NCBI GenBank assembly: GCA_965232515.1
Contig: CBDDPY010000002.1
Location: 6,112,001 to 6,176,000, forward strand
DNA length: 64,000 nt
DNA from: Alphaproteobacteria bacterium
GTDB taxonomy: Bacteria; Pseudomonadota; Alphaproteobacteria; GCA-2731375
Direction of reading: 5' to 3'
Positions 41,845 to 53,156 of this stretch are shown here, one piece after another. Position 1 is the stretch's first letter. Each line of letters begins with the position of its first letter. Below the pieces are notes generated by a model. The model saw only the letters and a program-made list of their open reading frames with translations. It made no database searches and had not been told where the DNA came from. Position numbers and translations under genes: made by a program.

Positions 41845-41886
41845 CGTCAAAGCTCGTCCATACTCCCGGCCGAGGAGGATTGGACG

Positions 41887-42642
41887 ATGTCCGAGAACGT
41901 ACGTCTCGAACGGCAAGGCGACATCGCGGTCGTCACCCTCTGTCGGCCGCCGGCGAACGCGCTGGACCTGGAGGCGACCGACGCGGTCGCGGGGGTTTTC
42001 GCCGAGCTCGCCGCCGACGACGCCGTTGGCGCCGTGGTGCTGACCGGCGAGGGCAAAGCGTTCTGCGCCGGCCTCGATCTGAAACGGGTGCCGCACTACG
42101 GCGCGGAAGAGCAGGACCGCCTGCTGGATGCGCTGAACCGGGCCTTCTTCAACGTCTATCGCATGCCCGTGCCGGTCGTCTGCGCCGTCAACGGCCATGC
42201 CATTGCCGGCGGCCTGGTCCTGTTGCTCTGCACCGACAAGCGCATCGCCGCCGACGGCGATTATATGGTGGGCGTCACGGAAGTTCGCGTCGGCATACCC
42301 TATCCGTTGGGCGGTATCGAGGTCTGCCGCGCCGAGCTGGCGCCGGCTGACTTCCGGAACCTGGTGCTGTTCGGCCAGACCATCCAGCCGGCGCAGGCGC
42401 ACAAGATGGGGATCTTCGACGAGATGGTGTCGCAGGACCGCTTGTTGGACACGGCCATGGAGCAGGCTGAGATGCTGGCGCAGCTGCCGCGCGACGGCTT
42501 CCGCAAGATCAAGAGCCAGATGCGGTGGCCGGTCTTCGCGCAGATGCGCGCGGCCGTCGACGACAAGGCCGATCCGCTGTTCGGCGACTGGCTGTCGGAC
42601 GAGACCATGGAGGCCGCCGCCGCTATGCTCCGCGGCGGCTGA
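41887..42642 (+). CDS. Enoyl-CoA hydratase/isomerase family
   Basis: FCAGLDL, NGHAIAGG, EV.VGI; GAGGAGG RBS. Confidence 0.9.
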   Translation: MSENVRLERQGDIAVVTLCRPPANALDLEATDAVAGVFAELAADDAVGAVVLTGEGKAFCAGLDLKRVPHYGAEEQDRLLDALNRAFFNVYRMPVPVVCAVNGHAIAGGLVLLLCTDKRIAADGDYMVGVTEVRVGIPYPLGGIEVCRAELAPADFRNLVLFGQTIQPAQAHKMGIFDEMVSQDRLLDTAMEQAEMLAQLPRDGFRKIKSQMRWPVFAQMRAAVDDKADPLFGDWLSDETMEAAAAMLRGG

Positions 42643-42654
42643 GCAAGCCGAGGC

Positions 42655-43329
42655 GTGGGGGTGAACGAGCGTTCGGGGGATAACGACTGGTCCGCGTTGG
42701 CACGGCCCTGGAAATTGGCGCTGGCGCAGGCCTGGGCGGCGCATGCGGCCGGCAATATCGGTGTCGGCGCGGTTCTGACCGACGACGACGGCGCTGTTGT
42801 CGCCGAAGGGCGCAACCGGATCGTCGACGCCGAGGCGCCGCCGGGACGGCTGCGTTCGACCTTCATCGCGCATGCCGAGATGGACGTGCTGGCGCAACTG
42901 CGGCCCGGCGATTATCCCGGCCACACGGTCTGGACCACGCTGGAGCCCTGCCTGCTGTGTTCGTCGGCGATCGTGATGAGCAGCGTCGGCAACGTTCGCT
43001 ACGCCGCGCGCGACTGGCTTTGGGACGGCATCACCCGGCTCGCCGACGTGAACGACTTTGTCGCCAAGCGCTGGCCGACCCGGACCGGACCGCTCGACAG
43101 TCCGGTCGCCGTGTTCTGCGAGCTGCTGCCCGTGCTCTGGTTTGTCGCGCGCAAGCCCGACGGCGCCGTGATCAGACGCTACGCCGACCGGCATCCGACG
43201 CTGCTGCGGCTAGCCGAGCAGCTGGCGCGGGACGGCCGCATCGCATCGCTGATCGAGCAACCGGTCGAAACCGCTCTGGCCGCGCTATGGGACGATCTGT
43301 CGGAAGTCCACGCGGCCGCGAATTCGTAG
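42655..43329 (+). CDS. Zn-dependent nucleoside/nucleotide deaminase
   Basis: VGAVL, HAE, TLEPCLLC; start approximate. Confidence 0.85.
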   Translation: MGVNERSGDNDWSALARPWKLALAQAWAAHAAGNIGVGAVLTDDDGAVVAEGRNRIVDAEAPPGRLRSTFIAHAEMDVLAQLRPGDYPGHTVWTTLEPCLLCSSAIVMSSVGNVRYAARDWLWDGITRLADVNDFVAKRWPTRTGPLDSPVAVFCELLPVLWFVARKPDGAVIRRYADRHPTLLRLAEQLARDGRIASLIEQPVETALAALWDDLSEVHAAANS

Positions 43330-43335
43330 AGCTGG

Positions 43336-44937
43336 CTATTCGCGCAGACCCAGGGCGCCGGCGGCGCGGGTGACGTGCTGGCGCAACTCCTCCGACTCGA
43401 CCTGCAGGACACGGAAATAGTCGCCCGTGCTGTAGTTCGGGCGAATTCGCCTGACTCTCTCGAGATGCCGCCGGGCCGCGGTTTCCCGTCCGGCCAGCAT
43501 GTTGCAGTAGGTCGCGATGAACTGGACGTGGACATGCGCGTTCGGCAGCCGTGCGGCGCGGTCCGACAGATCCGCCGCATCGTCCAGCCGGCCGAACATC
43601 ACGCAGTTGACCGCCTGCTGCGCCAGCATGGCGTAGGCCATGGGGTCGTAGGGGCTGAGGCGGCGGGCAGTGCCGACGGCGTCGCGGCTGCGTCCGACAT
43701 TGCCCGCCATCCAGTGCGCCAGGCCGAGGGAATAGTGGCCGAGGGCAAAGCTGGGGCTGAGATCGATCGAGACCTGGAGCGACGATATCGCCCGCTCGTA
43801 ATCACGGCGCAGAAGCCATGCCCGGCCGAGAGCCCAGTGGCCCTGGGGATCGTGCGGGCCGGCGGCGATGCTCTCCTCGGCGAAATCGAAGGCCATGCGG
43901 ATTTGGTCCTCGCGGTCCGGCGTTGCCTCGAGGAAGGCGCGTTGCCAATGCACGAACGACAGGCCCGCCTGCACGCGCGAGAGCGCGAGGTCGAGCCGGT
44001 GCGCCTGCAAAAACAACCGCTCGGCTTCGTCGAAATCGTCCTCGGTAAACCGGAACATGTGCCAGATGCCGCGGTGGTAGGCGGTCCAGGCATCGAAGTT
44101 CGATGTCTGATAGAGCAGCGCGCGCGACTGCTCGATGCGCTCGATTTCGGCCTCGACGGCACCGACGATGATGTCAACGATCTCGTCCTGCAGGGTCAGC
44201 ACGTCCGCGAGCCGGCGGTCGTAGTTCTCGGCCCAGACCTCACGGCCGGCGACCGCGTCGGTCAGTGTCACCTGAATTCGCAGGCCCGTGCCGAAGTGGC
44301 GTACGTTGCCTTCCACGATATAGCGGACGCCGAGCCGGTCGGCGACCTGCCGGGGATCGTGATCCAGACCCCTGAAGCGAAAGGCCGAGCCGCGGGCGAT
44401 CACGAACAGCCAGGACTGGCGGGCGAGCCGGGTGGTGATGTCGAGGGCGATCCCGTCGCCGATCACCTGATGCGCGGCGTCGTCGCCGAGGCAGTGGAAC
44501 GGCAGCACGGCGAGCGAGGGCCGTGTGGGCAGCGACAGATCGATTCCGGATGCTGTATCGACCGCGTCCGACGTCGCGGCATCGCAGCTTGGGCCCACGT
44601 TGGCAAGTGAAACTTCGCCCGCCGACGGCACGGCCGCCACCTCGCCGACAAAGCGGAAGCCGCGCCGGTGGTAGGTGCGGATCAGCATCTGCCGCTTGCC
44701 GTCGTCGCCGAGGATTTGTCGCGCTGACTTGACGCGGCTCGACAGCGCGGCCTCGGAGACAATGCGGCCATCCCAGACATGCGCGATGATCTCGTCGCGG
44801 GTAACCACGCGATCGCGGTTTTCGAGCAGGTAGACCAGCAGGTCGAAGACCTGCGGCTCGGCCGCGACGAGATTGCCGTCGCGGCGGATTTCACACGCCG
44901 CCGTGTCCACCACGTAAGCGCCGAAGGCGTAGATCAT
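43336..44937 (-). CDS. Winged-helix (CadC-like)-TolB-like-TPR transcriptional regulator
   Basis: EPQVFDLLVYL, W.GRIVSEAAL, RRGFRF, PSLAVLPF, TPR region. Confidence 0.9.
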   Translation of the reverse strand: MIYAFGAYVVDTAACEIRRDGNLVAAEPQVFDLLVYLLENRDRVVTRDEIIAHVWDGRIVSEAALSSRVKSARQILGDDGKRQMLIRTYHRRGFRFVGEVAAVPSAGEVSLANVGPSCDAATSDAVDTASGIDLSLPTRPSLAVLPFHCLGDDAAHQVIGDGIALDITTRLARQSWLFVIARGSAFRFRGLDHDPRQVADRLGVRYIVEGNVRHFGTGLRIQVTLTDAVAGREVWAENYDRRLADVLTLQDEIVDIIVGAVEAEIERIEQSRALLYQTSNFDAWTAYHRGIWHMFRFTEDDFDEAERLFLQAHRLDLALSRVQAGLSFVHWQRAFLEATPDREDQIRMAFDFAEESIAAGPHDPQGHWALGRAWLLRRDYERAISSLQVSIDLSPSFALGHYSLGLAHWMAGNVGRSRDAVGTARRLSPYDPMAYAMLAQQAVNCVMFGRLDDAADLSDRAARLPNAHVHVQFIATYCNMLAGRETAARRHLERVRRIRPNYSTGDYFRVLQVESEELRQHVTRAAGALGLRE

Positions 44938-45050
44938 CCTCCATCCCCGTTCCGGGGCGCCATGTGCCGGTGCAGTGCGGATGCACGAAGGCTAATATGA
45001 CGCGGGAATGGGGTAAGCTGAACGAAATTCTGGGTGTGCGGGGGGGCCGG

Positions 45051-45323
45051 CTAATTGGCGTAGCGCGCCCGGTACTCGCGGTAGCGCGCGATCCAGTCGT
45101 CGTCACTGTCGACGGATTGATCGACGGCGGGCCACGCGGCCTCGGAAGACGGGCCCGAGAGGGACGGCCTGGCGATCTCCTCGATTGTCGTCACTCTTTC
45201 TTCCAGCGCCTTGATCCGCTCTTTCAGATCCTGGCTGGTGGTGGCGTTGGCAGCGCCGCTGACGGCGAGCACCAAGCCGAGTGCGCCTAGCGTTGTGACA
45301 AAAGTCTTTTGGATCGATGTCAT
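45051..45323 (-). CDS. Small exported protein with coiled coil
   Basis: GGAG RBS, signal peptide, LKERIKALEERV. Confidence 0.6.
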   Translation of the reverse strand: MTSIQKTFVTTLGALGLVLAVSGAANATTSQDLKERIKALEERVTTIEEIARPSLSGPSSEAAWPAVDQSVDSDDDWIARYREYRARYAN

Positions 45324-45539
45324 GTCGGGTCTCCGGATCGGGTCAGCGCCTGGCCGTCGCGACGTTCGGCAACGGGGCTCGAAACAATTGCAGCCGATGT
45401 GGGGAGGCGCCGGCCGGTCCTGAAATGACAAGCCATGACCGATCGATCAAAAAACCTTGATGAGCCGTGAGGAACCGGCTTCGCCGGATGGAGGAGGCGG
45501 CCGATACCTGTTCCTGGTCAAATATCGGATTGACCTACC

Positions 45540-46217
45540 TCAGGCCGTCGAATCGGCGATTTTTTTGATCATCCGATTGCTGAAGACAGCCGAATCCTGT
45601 TCGGCCTCGATCCCGACCGAGACCATGTCTCTCGCCAGGTCGCGATCGGTCAGCGCCAGGCCGGGGAGGTATTTGAGCAATATGCCGGCGATGGGCAGCA
45701 GCAGCCGGTAGGGCAGACCCGTCGGCCGGCGCGCGCCGGTGGGGTGAATGTATCGCGGGCGAAAAATGTACCGCCTGGGGAAGCCGGCTTCGTGCAGCAG
45801 GTTTTCGGCCCGCCCTTTGGCGAGCGCGAACAGAGTCCGGCTCTGCTCGCTGGGATCGGCCCCGCTGGCGCCGAACAGCACGAATGTCGTTTGCGGGCTG
45901 ACGCGGGCCAAGGCATCGGTGAGCGCCTGCTGATAGTCGCAGGTGATTTCGAAGAAGGTCTCCTTGGACACTTGGCCCTGATAGACGCCGAGGCAATAGA
46001 AGCAGACGTCGACGCCCACGAGTTCGGATGACACTGTCGAGAAGTCGCGAAAATCCGCGTGCACGATCTCGTGCAGTTTCTCATGCTGGATTGTGGTTTT
46101 GCGCCGGCCGATGGAGATGACTTTGTCGACGGCCGGAGATGCCAGCAGGATGTCGAGCACCTGACCGCCTACCATGCCAGTCGCGCCCGTTAGCAGAACC
46201 GTTTTCTTTGTCATCAT
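45540..46217 (-). CDS. NAD(P)H-binding atypical SDR (YraR/TIP30-like)
   Basis: TGATGMVG, FYCLG, KG.AEN, FRP.YI. Confidence 0.88.
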   Translation of the reverse strand: MMTKKTVLLTGATGMVGGQVLDILLASPAVDKVISIGRRKTTIQHEKLHEIVHADFRDFSTVSSELVGVDVCFYCLGVYQGQVSKETFFEITCDYQQALTDALARVSPQTTFVLFGASGADPSEQSRTLFALAKGRAENLLHEAGFPRRYIFRPRYIHPTGARRPTGLPYRLLLPIAGILLKYLPGLALTDRDLARDMVSVGIEAEQDSAVFSNRMIKKIADSTA

Positions 46218-46273
46218 GCCGGGATTCTACGCCGCTGCGGCGCCGCGGACGCCATAATCGCCGCGCGCCGATA

Positions 46274-47761
<1,488 letters not shown>

Positions 47762-47770
47762 GTTACCTTC

Positions 47771-49303
47771 CTATTCGGCGGCCGCCGCGCCGCCATCGTT
47801 CGCCTTCTTCATCCAGCTGTCCAGTGCCGCCGCTTCCGCCTCGCTCAGGCGCAGGCCCAGCTTCGAGCGCCGCCAGAGGATGTCGGCCGCGGTGCGCGCC
47901 CATTCGCGGGTCATGAGCCAGCGTGCCTCGGCCTCGGTCAGGTTCCAGCCGAAACGCTGGCCCAAGGCGTCGGCCGAGGTCGCATCGCCGAGCAAGTCGG
48001 CCGCCTGGGTGCCGTAGGCGCGGACCAGGCGGCGGGCCCAGGGCTCGTCGAGGAACGGGAACTCGGCGCGGAGGTGCTGGATCTGCATCGGGACACCGTC
48101 GACGGGGAAGTCGCCGCCCGGCAGCGGCGCGCCGGCGGTCCATGGGCCGCCCATCGACGGAAAATGGGCGGTCAGCTTTTCGAGCGCCGCTTCGGCGAGG
48201 CGGCGGTAGGTGGTGATCTTGCCGCCGAAGACGTTGAGCAACGGCGCGTCGCCGTCGGCGGCGTCGACCTGCAGGACGTAATCCCGTGTCGCCGCCGTCG
48301 CCGACGAGGCGCCGTCGTCGTAGAGCGGACGGACGCCGGAATAGGTCCAGACCACATCCTCGGCGGCTATCGGCCGGGCGAAGTATTCCGACGCGGCGGC
48401 GCGCAGGTAGTCCGCTTCCTCGGGCGTGCAGACGGCGGCGTCGGGCGCCGCGCCATGGTCCATGTCGGTGGTGCCGATCAGCGTAAAGTCGTCCTGGTAG
48501 GGGATGGCGAAGACGATGCGATTGTCGGCGTTCTGGAAGATGTAGGCGCGGTCGTGGTCGAACAGCTTGCGCACCACGATATGGCTGCCGCGCACCAGGC
48601 GGATGCTGGCCGGCGAATTTCGGCGCAGCTTGTTGCGGATGATGTCGTCGACCCAGGGCCCGCCGGCGTTGACCAGACCCCGCGCGCGTACTTCGCGCGT
48701 CGCGCCGCTGGCCAGGTCTTCCAGCGTCGCGCACCACAGGCCGTCGCGCCGTTCGGCCGAGAGGCAGCGGGTGCGCACGCGGATCTCGGCGCCGAGGTCG
48801 GCGGCCGCGCGCGCGTTCAACACGACGAGCCGCGAGTCCTCGACCCAGCAGTCGGAATATTCGAAGGCCTTGCGGAACGAGTCCTTCAGCGGCGCGCCGA
48901 CCGGATCCTGCCTCAGGTCGAGCGTCCTGGTCGCCGGCAGGATCTTGCGGCCGCCCAGATGATCGTAGATGAACAGGCCGAGACGCAGCAGCCAGGCCGG
49001 CCGCAGGCCGCCGTGGTGCGGCAGCACGAAGCGCATGGGCCAGGCGATATGCGGCATGGCGCGCAGCAGCGTCTCGCGCTCGATCAGCGCCTCTCGCACC
49101 AGACGGAACTCGTAATATTCGAGATAGCGCAGGCCGCCGTGGAACAGCTTGGTCGAGGCCGACGAGGTCGCCTGCGCCAGATCACCCTGCTCGCAGACCA
49201 GGACCCGCAAGCCCCGACCGGCGGCGTCCCGGGCGATGCCGCAGCCGTTGATGCCGCCGCCGACGATGACGAGATCGAATGTTTTGTCTGGCGTGTCAGC
49301 CAT
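47771..49303 (-). CDS. glpD: Aerobic glycerol-3-phosphate dehydrogenase
   Basis: GGGINGCGIARDAAGRG, TSSASTKLFHGGLRYLE, GGKITTYR. Confidence 0.96.
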   Translation of the reverse strand: MADTPDKTFDLVIVGGGINGCGIARDAAGRGLRVLVCEQGDLAQATSSASTKLFHGGLRYLEYYEFRLVREALIERETLLRAMPHIAWPMRFVLPHHGGLRPAWLLRLGLFIYDHLGGRKILPATRTLDLRQDPVGAPLKDSFRKAFEYSDCWVEDSRLVVLNARAAADLGAEIRVRTRCLSAERRDGLWCATLEDLASGATREVRARGLVNAGGPWVDDIIRNKLRRNSPASIRLVRGSHIVVRKLFDHDRAYIFQNADNRIVFAIPYQDDFTLIGTTDMDHGAAPDAAVCTPEEADYLRAAASEYFARPIAAEDVVWTYSGVRPLYDDGASSATAATRDYVLQVDAADGDAPLLNVFGGKITTYRRLAEAALEKLTAHFPSMGGPWTAGAPLPGGDFPVDGVPMQIQHLRAEFPFLDEPWARRLVRAYGTQAADLLGDATSADALGQRFGWNLTEAEARWLMTREWARTAADILWRRSKLGLRLSEAEAAALDSWMKKANDGGAAAAE

Positions 49304-50087
49304 GACCGCCGTCATCCGTCGGATCGCCGTCGGCGATCTCGATCGCGATGCCCGCACGCGCGCCGGCTTCTGCGAAGGCCGGCGGCGGCGGCCGGTCGGT
49401 GACGAAGGCGTCGATGTCGGCGAGCGTGCAGATGCGCACCGGGGCGTTGCGTTCGAATTTTTCGTGGTCCGAGACCAGGATGGTCTGCCGCGCATTGGCG
49501 ACGATGGCGCGGGCGACGGCCACCTCGCGCATGTCGTAGTCCATGATCGAGCCGTCCTCGTCCAGCGCCGAGGCGCCGATGACCGCGTAATCGACCTTGA
49601 ACTTGCGGATGAACTCCACCGCTTCATCGCCGACGATAGCGCCATCGGACTGCCGCACCATGCCGCCGGCGAGGATGATCTCCTTGCCCGGCGAGCCGGA
49701 GAGAATGTTGACCACGTTGATGTTGTTGGTCACCACGACCAGGTCGTGATGGCCGCGCAGGGCGTGCGCCACCTGTTCGGTCGTCGTGCCGATATTGACG
49801 ATCAGCGAGCAGCCGTTCGGGATCATGGCCGCGGCGCGTGCGCCGATGGCGCGCTTCTCGTCACGGGCCAGCGCCCGCCGTTCGGCATAGTCGACATTGG
49901 TCACGCTGGTGCCCAGCACCGCGCCGCCGTGCACGCGGGCGAGCAACCCGTTGAGGCTGAGCTCGTTCAGATCGCGCCGGATGGTCTGCGTCGTCACATC
50001 GAACGTCGTCGCCAGGTCGTCGACCATGACACGACCCTCGGCGCGTGCGCGCGCCATGATCTCGGTTTGACGTTCGTTGAGGTCCAT
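49296..50087 (-). CDS. glpR: DeoR-family glycerol repressor
   Basis: QTIRRDL, RVHGGA, NIGTTTE; overlaps glpD. Confidence 0.92.
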   Translation of the reverse strand: MDLNERQTEIMARARAEGRVMVDDLATTFDVTTQTIRRDLNELSLNGLLARVHGGAVLGTSVTNVDYAERRALARDEKRAIGARAAAMIPNGCSLIVNIGTTTEQVAHALRGHHDLVVVTNNINVVNILSGSPGKEIILAGGMVRQSDGAIVGDEAVEFIRKFKVDYAVIGASALDEDGSIMDYDMREVAVARAIVANARQTILVSDHEKFERNAPVRICTLADIDAFVTDRPPPPAFAEAGARAGIAIEIADGDPTDDGGHG

Positions 50088-50106
50088 GAGCGGTTGCTGA
50101 TTCAAT

Positions 50107-50188
50107 AATGTTCATTTAGAAAGATGTCGAAGTTCATATGAAATGCAAAACTTTCACTTGACGTAAAGCGAAAAATCAAATGAACATC
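50107..50188. promoter_or_regulatory. Divergent glp promoter region with candidate GlpR operators
   Basis: ATGTTCATTT (50108-50117) and AAATGAACAT (50178-50187) inverted; TTCATATGAA palindrome 50133-50142; TTGACG 50158-50163. Confidence 0.65.
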
Positions 50189-50246
50189 CGATAACCCGCA
50201 AAACGCGGGTCACTCCGCTTAGACGGACGCATTCAGGGAGGCAGAA

Positions 50247-51989
50247 ATGCGCACAGGTTTGATGTCGGCTGCCGCCGCGATGGCTTTTTTCGCGGGCATG
50301 CCGGCGGCCGTCGCGGACATGGCCGCGGCAGAGAAGTGGATCTCGGACGAGTTCCAGCCGTCGACCTTGTCGGCCGATCAGCAGAAGGCCGAGATGCAAT
50401 GGTTCATCGACGCGGCCAAGCCGTTCGCCGGCATGGAGATCAACGTGCTGTCGGAAACGATTCCGACGCACGAATACGAATCGAAGGTCCTGACCAAGGC
50501 GTTCGAGGAAATCACCGGCATCAAGGTGAACCACCAACTGCTCGGCGAGGGCGAGGTGGTGCAGGCCGTGCAGACGCAGTTGCAGACCGGCCGCAACCTC
50601 TATGACGCCTACATCAACGACAGCGACCTGATCGGTACGCATTCGCGCCTGCAGCTCGCGGTCAACCTCAGCGACTGGATGGCGGGCGAGGGCAAGGACG
50701 TCACCAACCCGATGCTCGACGTCGACGACTTCATCGGCAAGTCGTTCACCACGGGACCGGACGGTAAGCTCTATCAGCTTCCCGATCAGCAGTTCGCCAA
50801 TCTCTACTGGTTCCGCAAGGACTGGTTCGACCGCGCCGACCTGCAGGCGAAGTTCAAGGAGATGTACGGCTACGACCTGGGCGTGCCGGTGAACTGGTCG
50901 GCCTATGAGGACATCGCCGAGTTCTTCAGCGTGTACGTGAAGGAGATCGACGGCGTCCGCGTCTATGGCCACATGGACTACGGCAAGCGCGCGCCGGACC
51001 TCGGCTGGCGCATGACGGACGCCTGGCTGTCGATGGCCGGCGCCGGCTCGAAGGGCAAGCCGAACGGCGTGCCGGTGGACGAATGGGGCATCCGTATGGA
51101 GCCCGGCACCTGCAACCCCGTCGGCGCCAGCGTCAGCCGCGGCGGCGCCGCGAACGGCCCGGCCGCGGTCTACGCGATCCGCAAGTGGGACGAGTGGCTC
51201 AGGAACTACGCGCCTCCGGGAGCGGCGAGCTACGACTTCTACCAGTCGCTGCCGGCGTTGTCGCAGGGCAACGTGGCGCAGCAGATCTTCTGGTACACGG
51301 CCTTCACGGCCTCGATGGTGGCGCCGAAGGCCGACGGCAACAACACCGTCGACGACGCCGGCAAGCCGCTGTGGCGGATGGCGCCGAGCCCGCACGGCCC
51401 CTACTGGGAAGAAGGTCAGAAGCTCGGCTATCAGGACGCCGGTTCCTGGACGATTCTGAAGTCGACGCCGACAGACCGCGCCAAGGCGGCCTGGCTCTAT
51501 GCGCAGTTCGTGGTCTCGAAGACCGTTGATGTGAAGAAGAGCCATGTCGGCCTGACCTTCGTGCGCGACAGCACGATCCGGCACGAGAGCTTCACCGAGC
51601 GCGCGCCGAACCTGGGCGGCCTGGTCGAGTTCTACCGCTCGCCCGACCGCGTGCTGTGGACGCCGACCGGCATCAACGTGCCTGACTATCCGAAGCTGGC
51701 CCAGATCTGGTGGCAGCAGATCGGCGATGTGAACTCCGGCGCCTTCACGCCGCAGGAAGCCATGGACCGGCTGGCCAACGAGATGGACGTGACCATGGCG
51801 CGGATGCAGGCGGCCGACGAGGCGGCGAACGTCTATGGCGGTTGCGGCCCGCGGCTGAACGAGGAGCAGGATGCGTCCGTATGGCTGAACAAGGCCGGTT
51901 CGCCGAAGGCGAAGCTGGCGAACGAGAAGCCGCAAGGCGAGACCGTCAATTATGATGAGCTCGTGAAGCGCTGGGCTTCGGCCAAATGA
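50247..51989 (+). CDS. glpV: Glycerol ABC transporter substrate-binding protein
   Basis: FQPSTLS, SETIPTHEYES, PDQQFANLYWFR, NVPDYPKLAQ; glp context. Confidence 0.9.
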   Translation: MRTGLMSAAAAMAFFAGMPAAVADMAAAEKWISDEFQPSTLSADQQKAEMQWFIDAAKPFAGMEINVLSETIPTHEYESKVLTKAFEEITGIKVNHQLLGEGEVVQAVQTQLQTGRNLYDAYINDSDLIGTHSRLQLAVNLSDWMAGEGKDVTNPMLDVDDFIGKSFTTGPDGKLYQLPDQQFANLYWFRKDWFDRADLQAKFKEMYGYDLGVPVNWSAYEDIAEFFSVYVKEIDGVRVYGHMDYGKRAPDLGWRMTDAWLSMAGAGSKGKPNGVPVDEWGIRMEPGTCNPVGASVSRGGAANGPAAVYAIRKWDEWLRNYAPPGAASYDFYQSLPALSQGNVAQQIFWYTAFTASMVAPKADGNNTVDDAGKPLWRMAPSPHGPYWEEGQKLGYQDAGSWTILKSTPTDRAKAAWLYAQFVVSKTVDVKKSHVGLTFVRDSTIRHESFTERAPNLGGLVEFYRSPDRVLWTPTGINVPDYPKLAQIWWQQIGDVNSGAFTPQEAMDRLANEMDVTMARMQAADEAANVYGGCGPRLNEEQDASVWLNKAGSPKAKLANEKPQGETVNYDELVKRWASAK

Positions 51990-52021
51990 GGACGCCCGTC
52001 TAGAGGGCATCAACGGGCAAC

Positions 52022-52051
52022 GCGACGTCCGCGCCACGGCGCGGGCGTCGC
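52022..52051 (+). other. Intercistronic hairpin after the substrate-binding protein gene (mRNA stabiliser or partial terminator)
   Basis: gcgacgtccgcgc-cacg-gcgcgggcgtcgc, 13 bp with one G-U; no U-tail. Confidence 0.55.
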
Positions 52052-52071
52052 ACGCTCCCGAGTCGCACGAG

Positions 52072-53139
52072 ATGACGCTTGAATTCCGCAACGTTGTGAA
52101 GCGGGTCGGGGCCGAGACCCTGATCTACGAGACCTCGTTCGCGCTCGCGCCAACCGGTTTCAACGTGCTGCTGGGGCCCACCAACGCCGGCAAGACGACG
52201 CTGATCAAGCTGATGGCCGATCTCGAGAAGCCGACCGCGGGCGAGATCTGGCTGAACGGCGAGAACATCACATCAGTGCCGACGCGCAAGCGCAACGTCA
52301 GCCTGGTGCACCAGTTCTTCGTCAACTATCCCAACATGACGGTGTTCGAAAACATTGCCTCGCCGCTGCGGGTGGCGCGCGTGCCTGAGCCCGAGGTGCA
52401 GCGGCGGGTCGGCGAGGCGGCGGAGATATTGCGGCTGGGGCCGTACCTGCAGCGGCGACCGGCCGAACTCTCCGGCGGCCAGCAGCAGCGCACGGCGCTG
52501 GCCCGCGCGATCGTCAAGGAAAGCGGCCTGGCGCTGCTGGACGAGCCGCTCGCCAATTTGGACTACAAGCTGCGCGAGGAGCTGCGTGACCAGCTGCCGC
52601 AGCTCTTCGCCGGACGTCAGGCGATTGTCGTCTATGCAACGTCGGAGCCGTCGGAAGCGCTGATGCTGGGCGGGCATACGGCGACCCTGAGCGAGGGGCG
52701 TGTGACCCGGTTCGGCGAGACCGCGTCGCTCTATCGCGCGCCGGGGGATCTTGAAACCGCCAGTATCTTTTCCGATCCGCCGATCAACGTGGCGCCGATC
52801 GTCAAGACGGGGGGCGAGATTCGGCTCGGTGACGGCCCGCGCTGGCCGGCATCCGACGCCATCGCCGCGGCGCCCGACGGGGAATACGTCCTGGGCGTAC
52901 GGCCGCATTTCGTCTCGCCCATGGGCAGCGCCGAGGGCGTGCCAATCACCGGGCAGATCCAGATCACCGAGCTGTCGGGCTCGGAAAGTATCGCGCATTT
53001 CGATCTCGACGGGCGGCCCTGGGTGTCGCAGAGCCACGGCGTGCATCCCTATCGCGTCGGCGAGAGCCACGAATTCCATATCGATACGCGCGGCTGCCTG
53101 TATTTCCGGCCCGACGGGGCGCAAGTCGCGGCGGCCTGA
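52072..53139 (+). CDS. glpS: Glycerol ABC transporter ATPase
   Basis: GPTNAGKT, LSGGQQQR, DEPLANLDYKLRE. Confidence 0.9.
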   Translation: MTLEFRNVVKRVGAETLIYETSFALAPTGFNVLLGPTNAGKTTLIKLMADLEKPTAGEIWLNGENITSVPTRKRNVSLVHQFFVNYPNMTVFENIASPLRVARVPEPEVQRRVGEAAEILRLGPYLQRRPAELSGGQQQRTALARAIVKESGLALLDEPLANLDYKLREELRDQLPQLFAGRQAIVVYATSEPSEALMLGGHTATLSEGRVTRFGETASLYRAPGDLETASIFSDPPINVAPIVKTGGEIRLGDGPRWPASDAIAAAPDGEYVLGVRPHFVSPMGSAEGVPITGQIQITELSGSESIAHFDLDGRPWVSQSHGVHPYRVGESHEFHIDTRGCLYFRPDGAQVAAA

Positions 53140-53156
53140 GGCGGCGAGGGGGGCGG

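Noticed and set aside
42640-42660. TGA followed in frame by the deaminase ORF (possible read-through)
   Set aside because: Both proteins are complete, unrelated families; no redox motif or SECIS-like stem at +12.
50154-52091. 645-aa minus ORF, and similar long ORFs at 25620-27446, 27388-29361 and 59713-61512
   Set aside because: Antisense shadows of well-supported genes.
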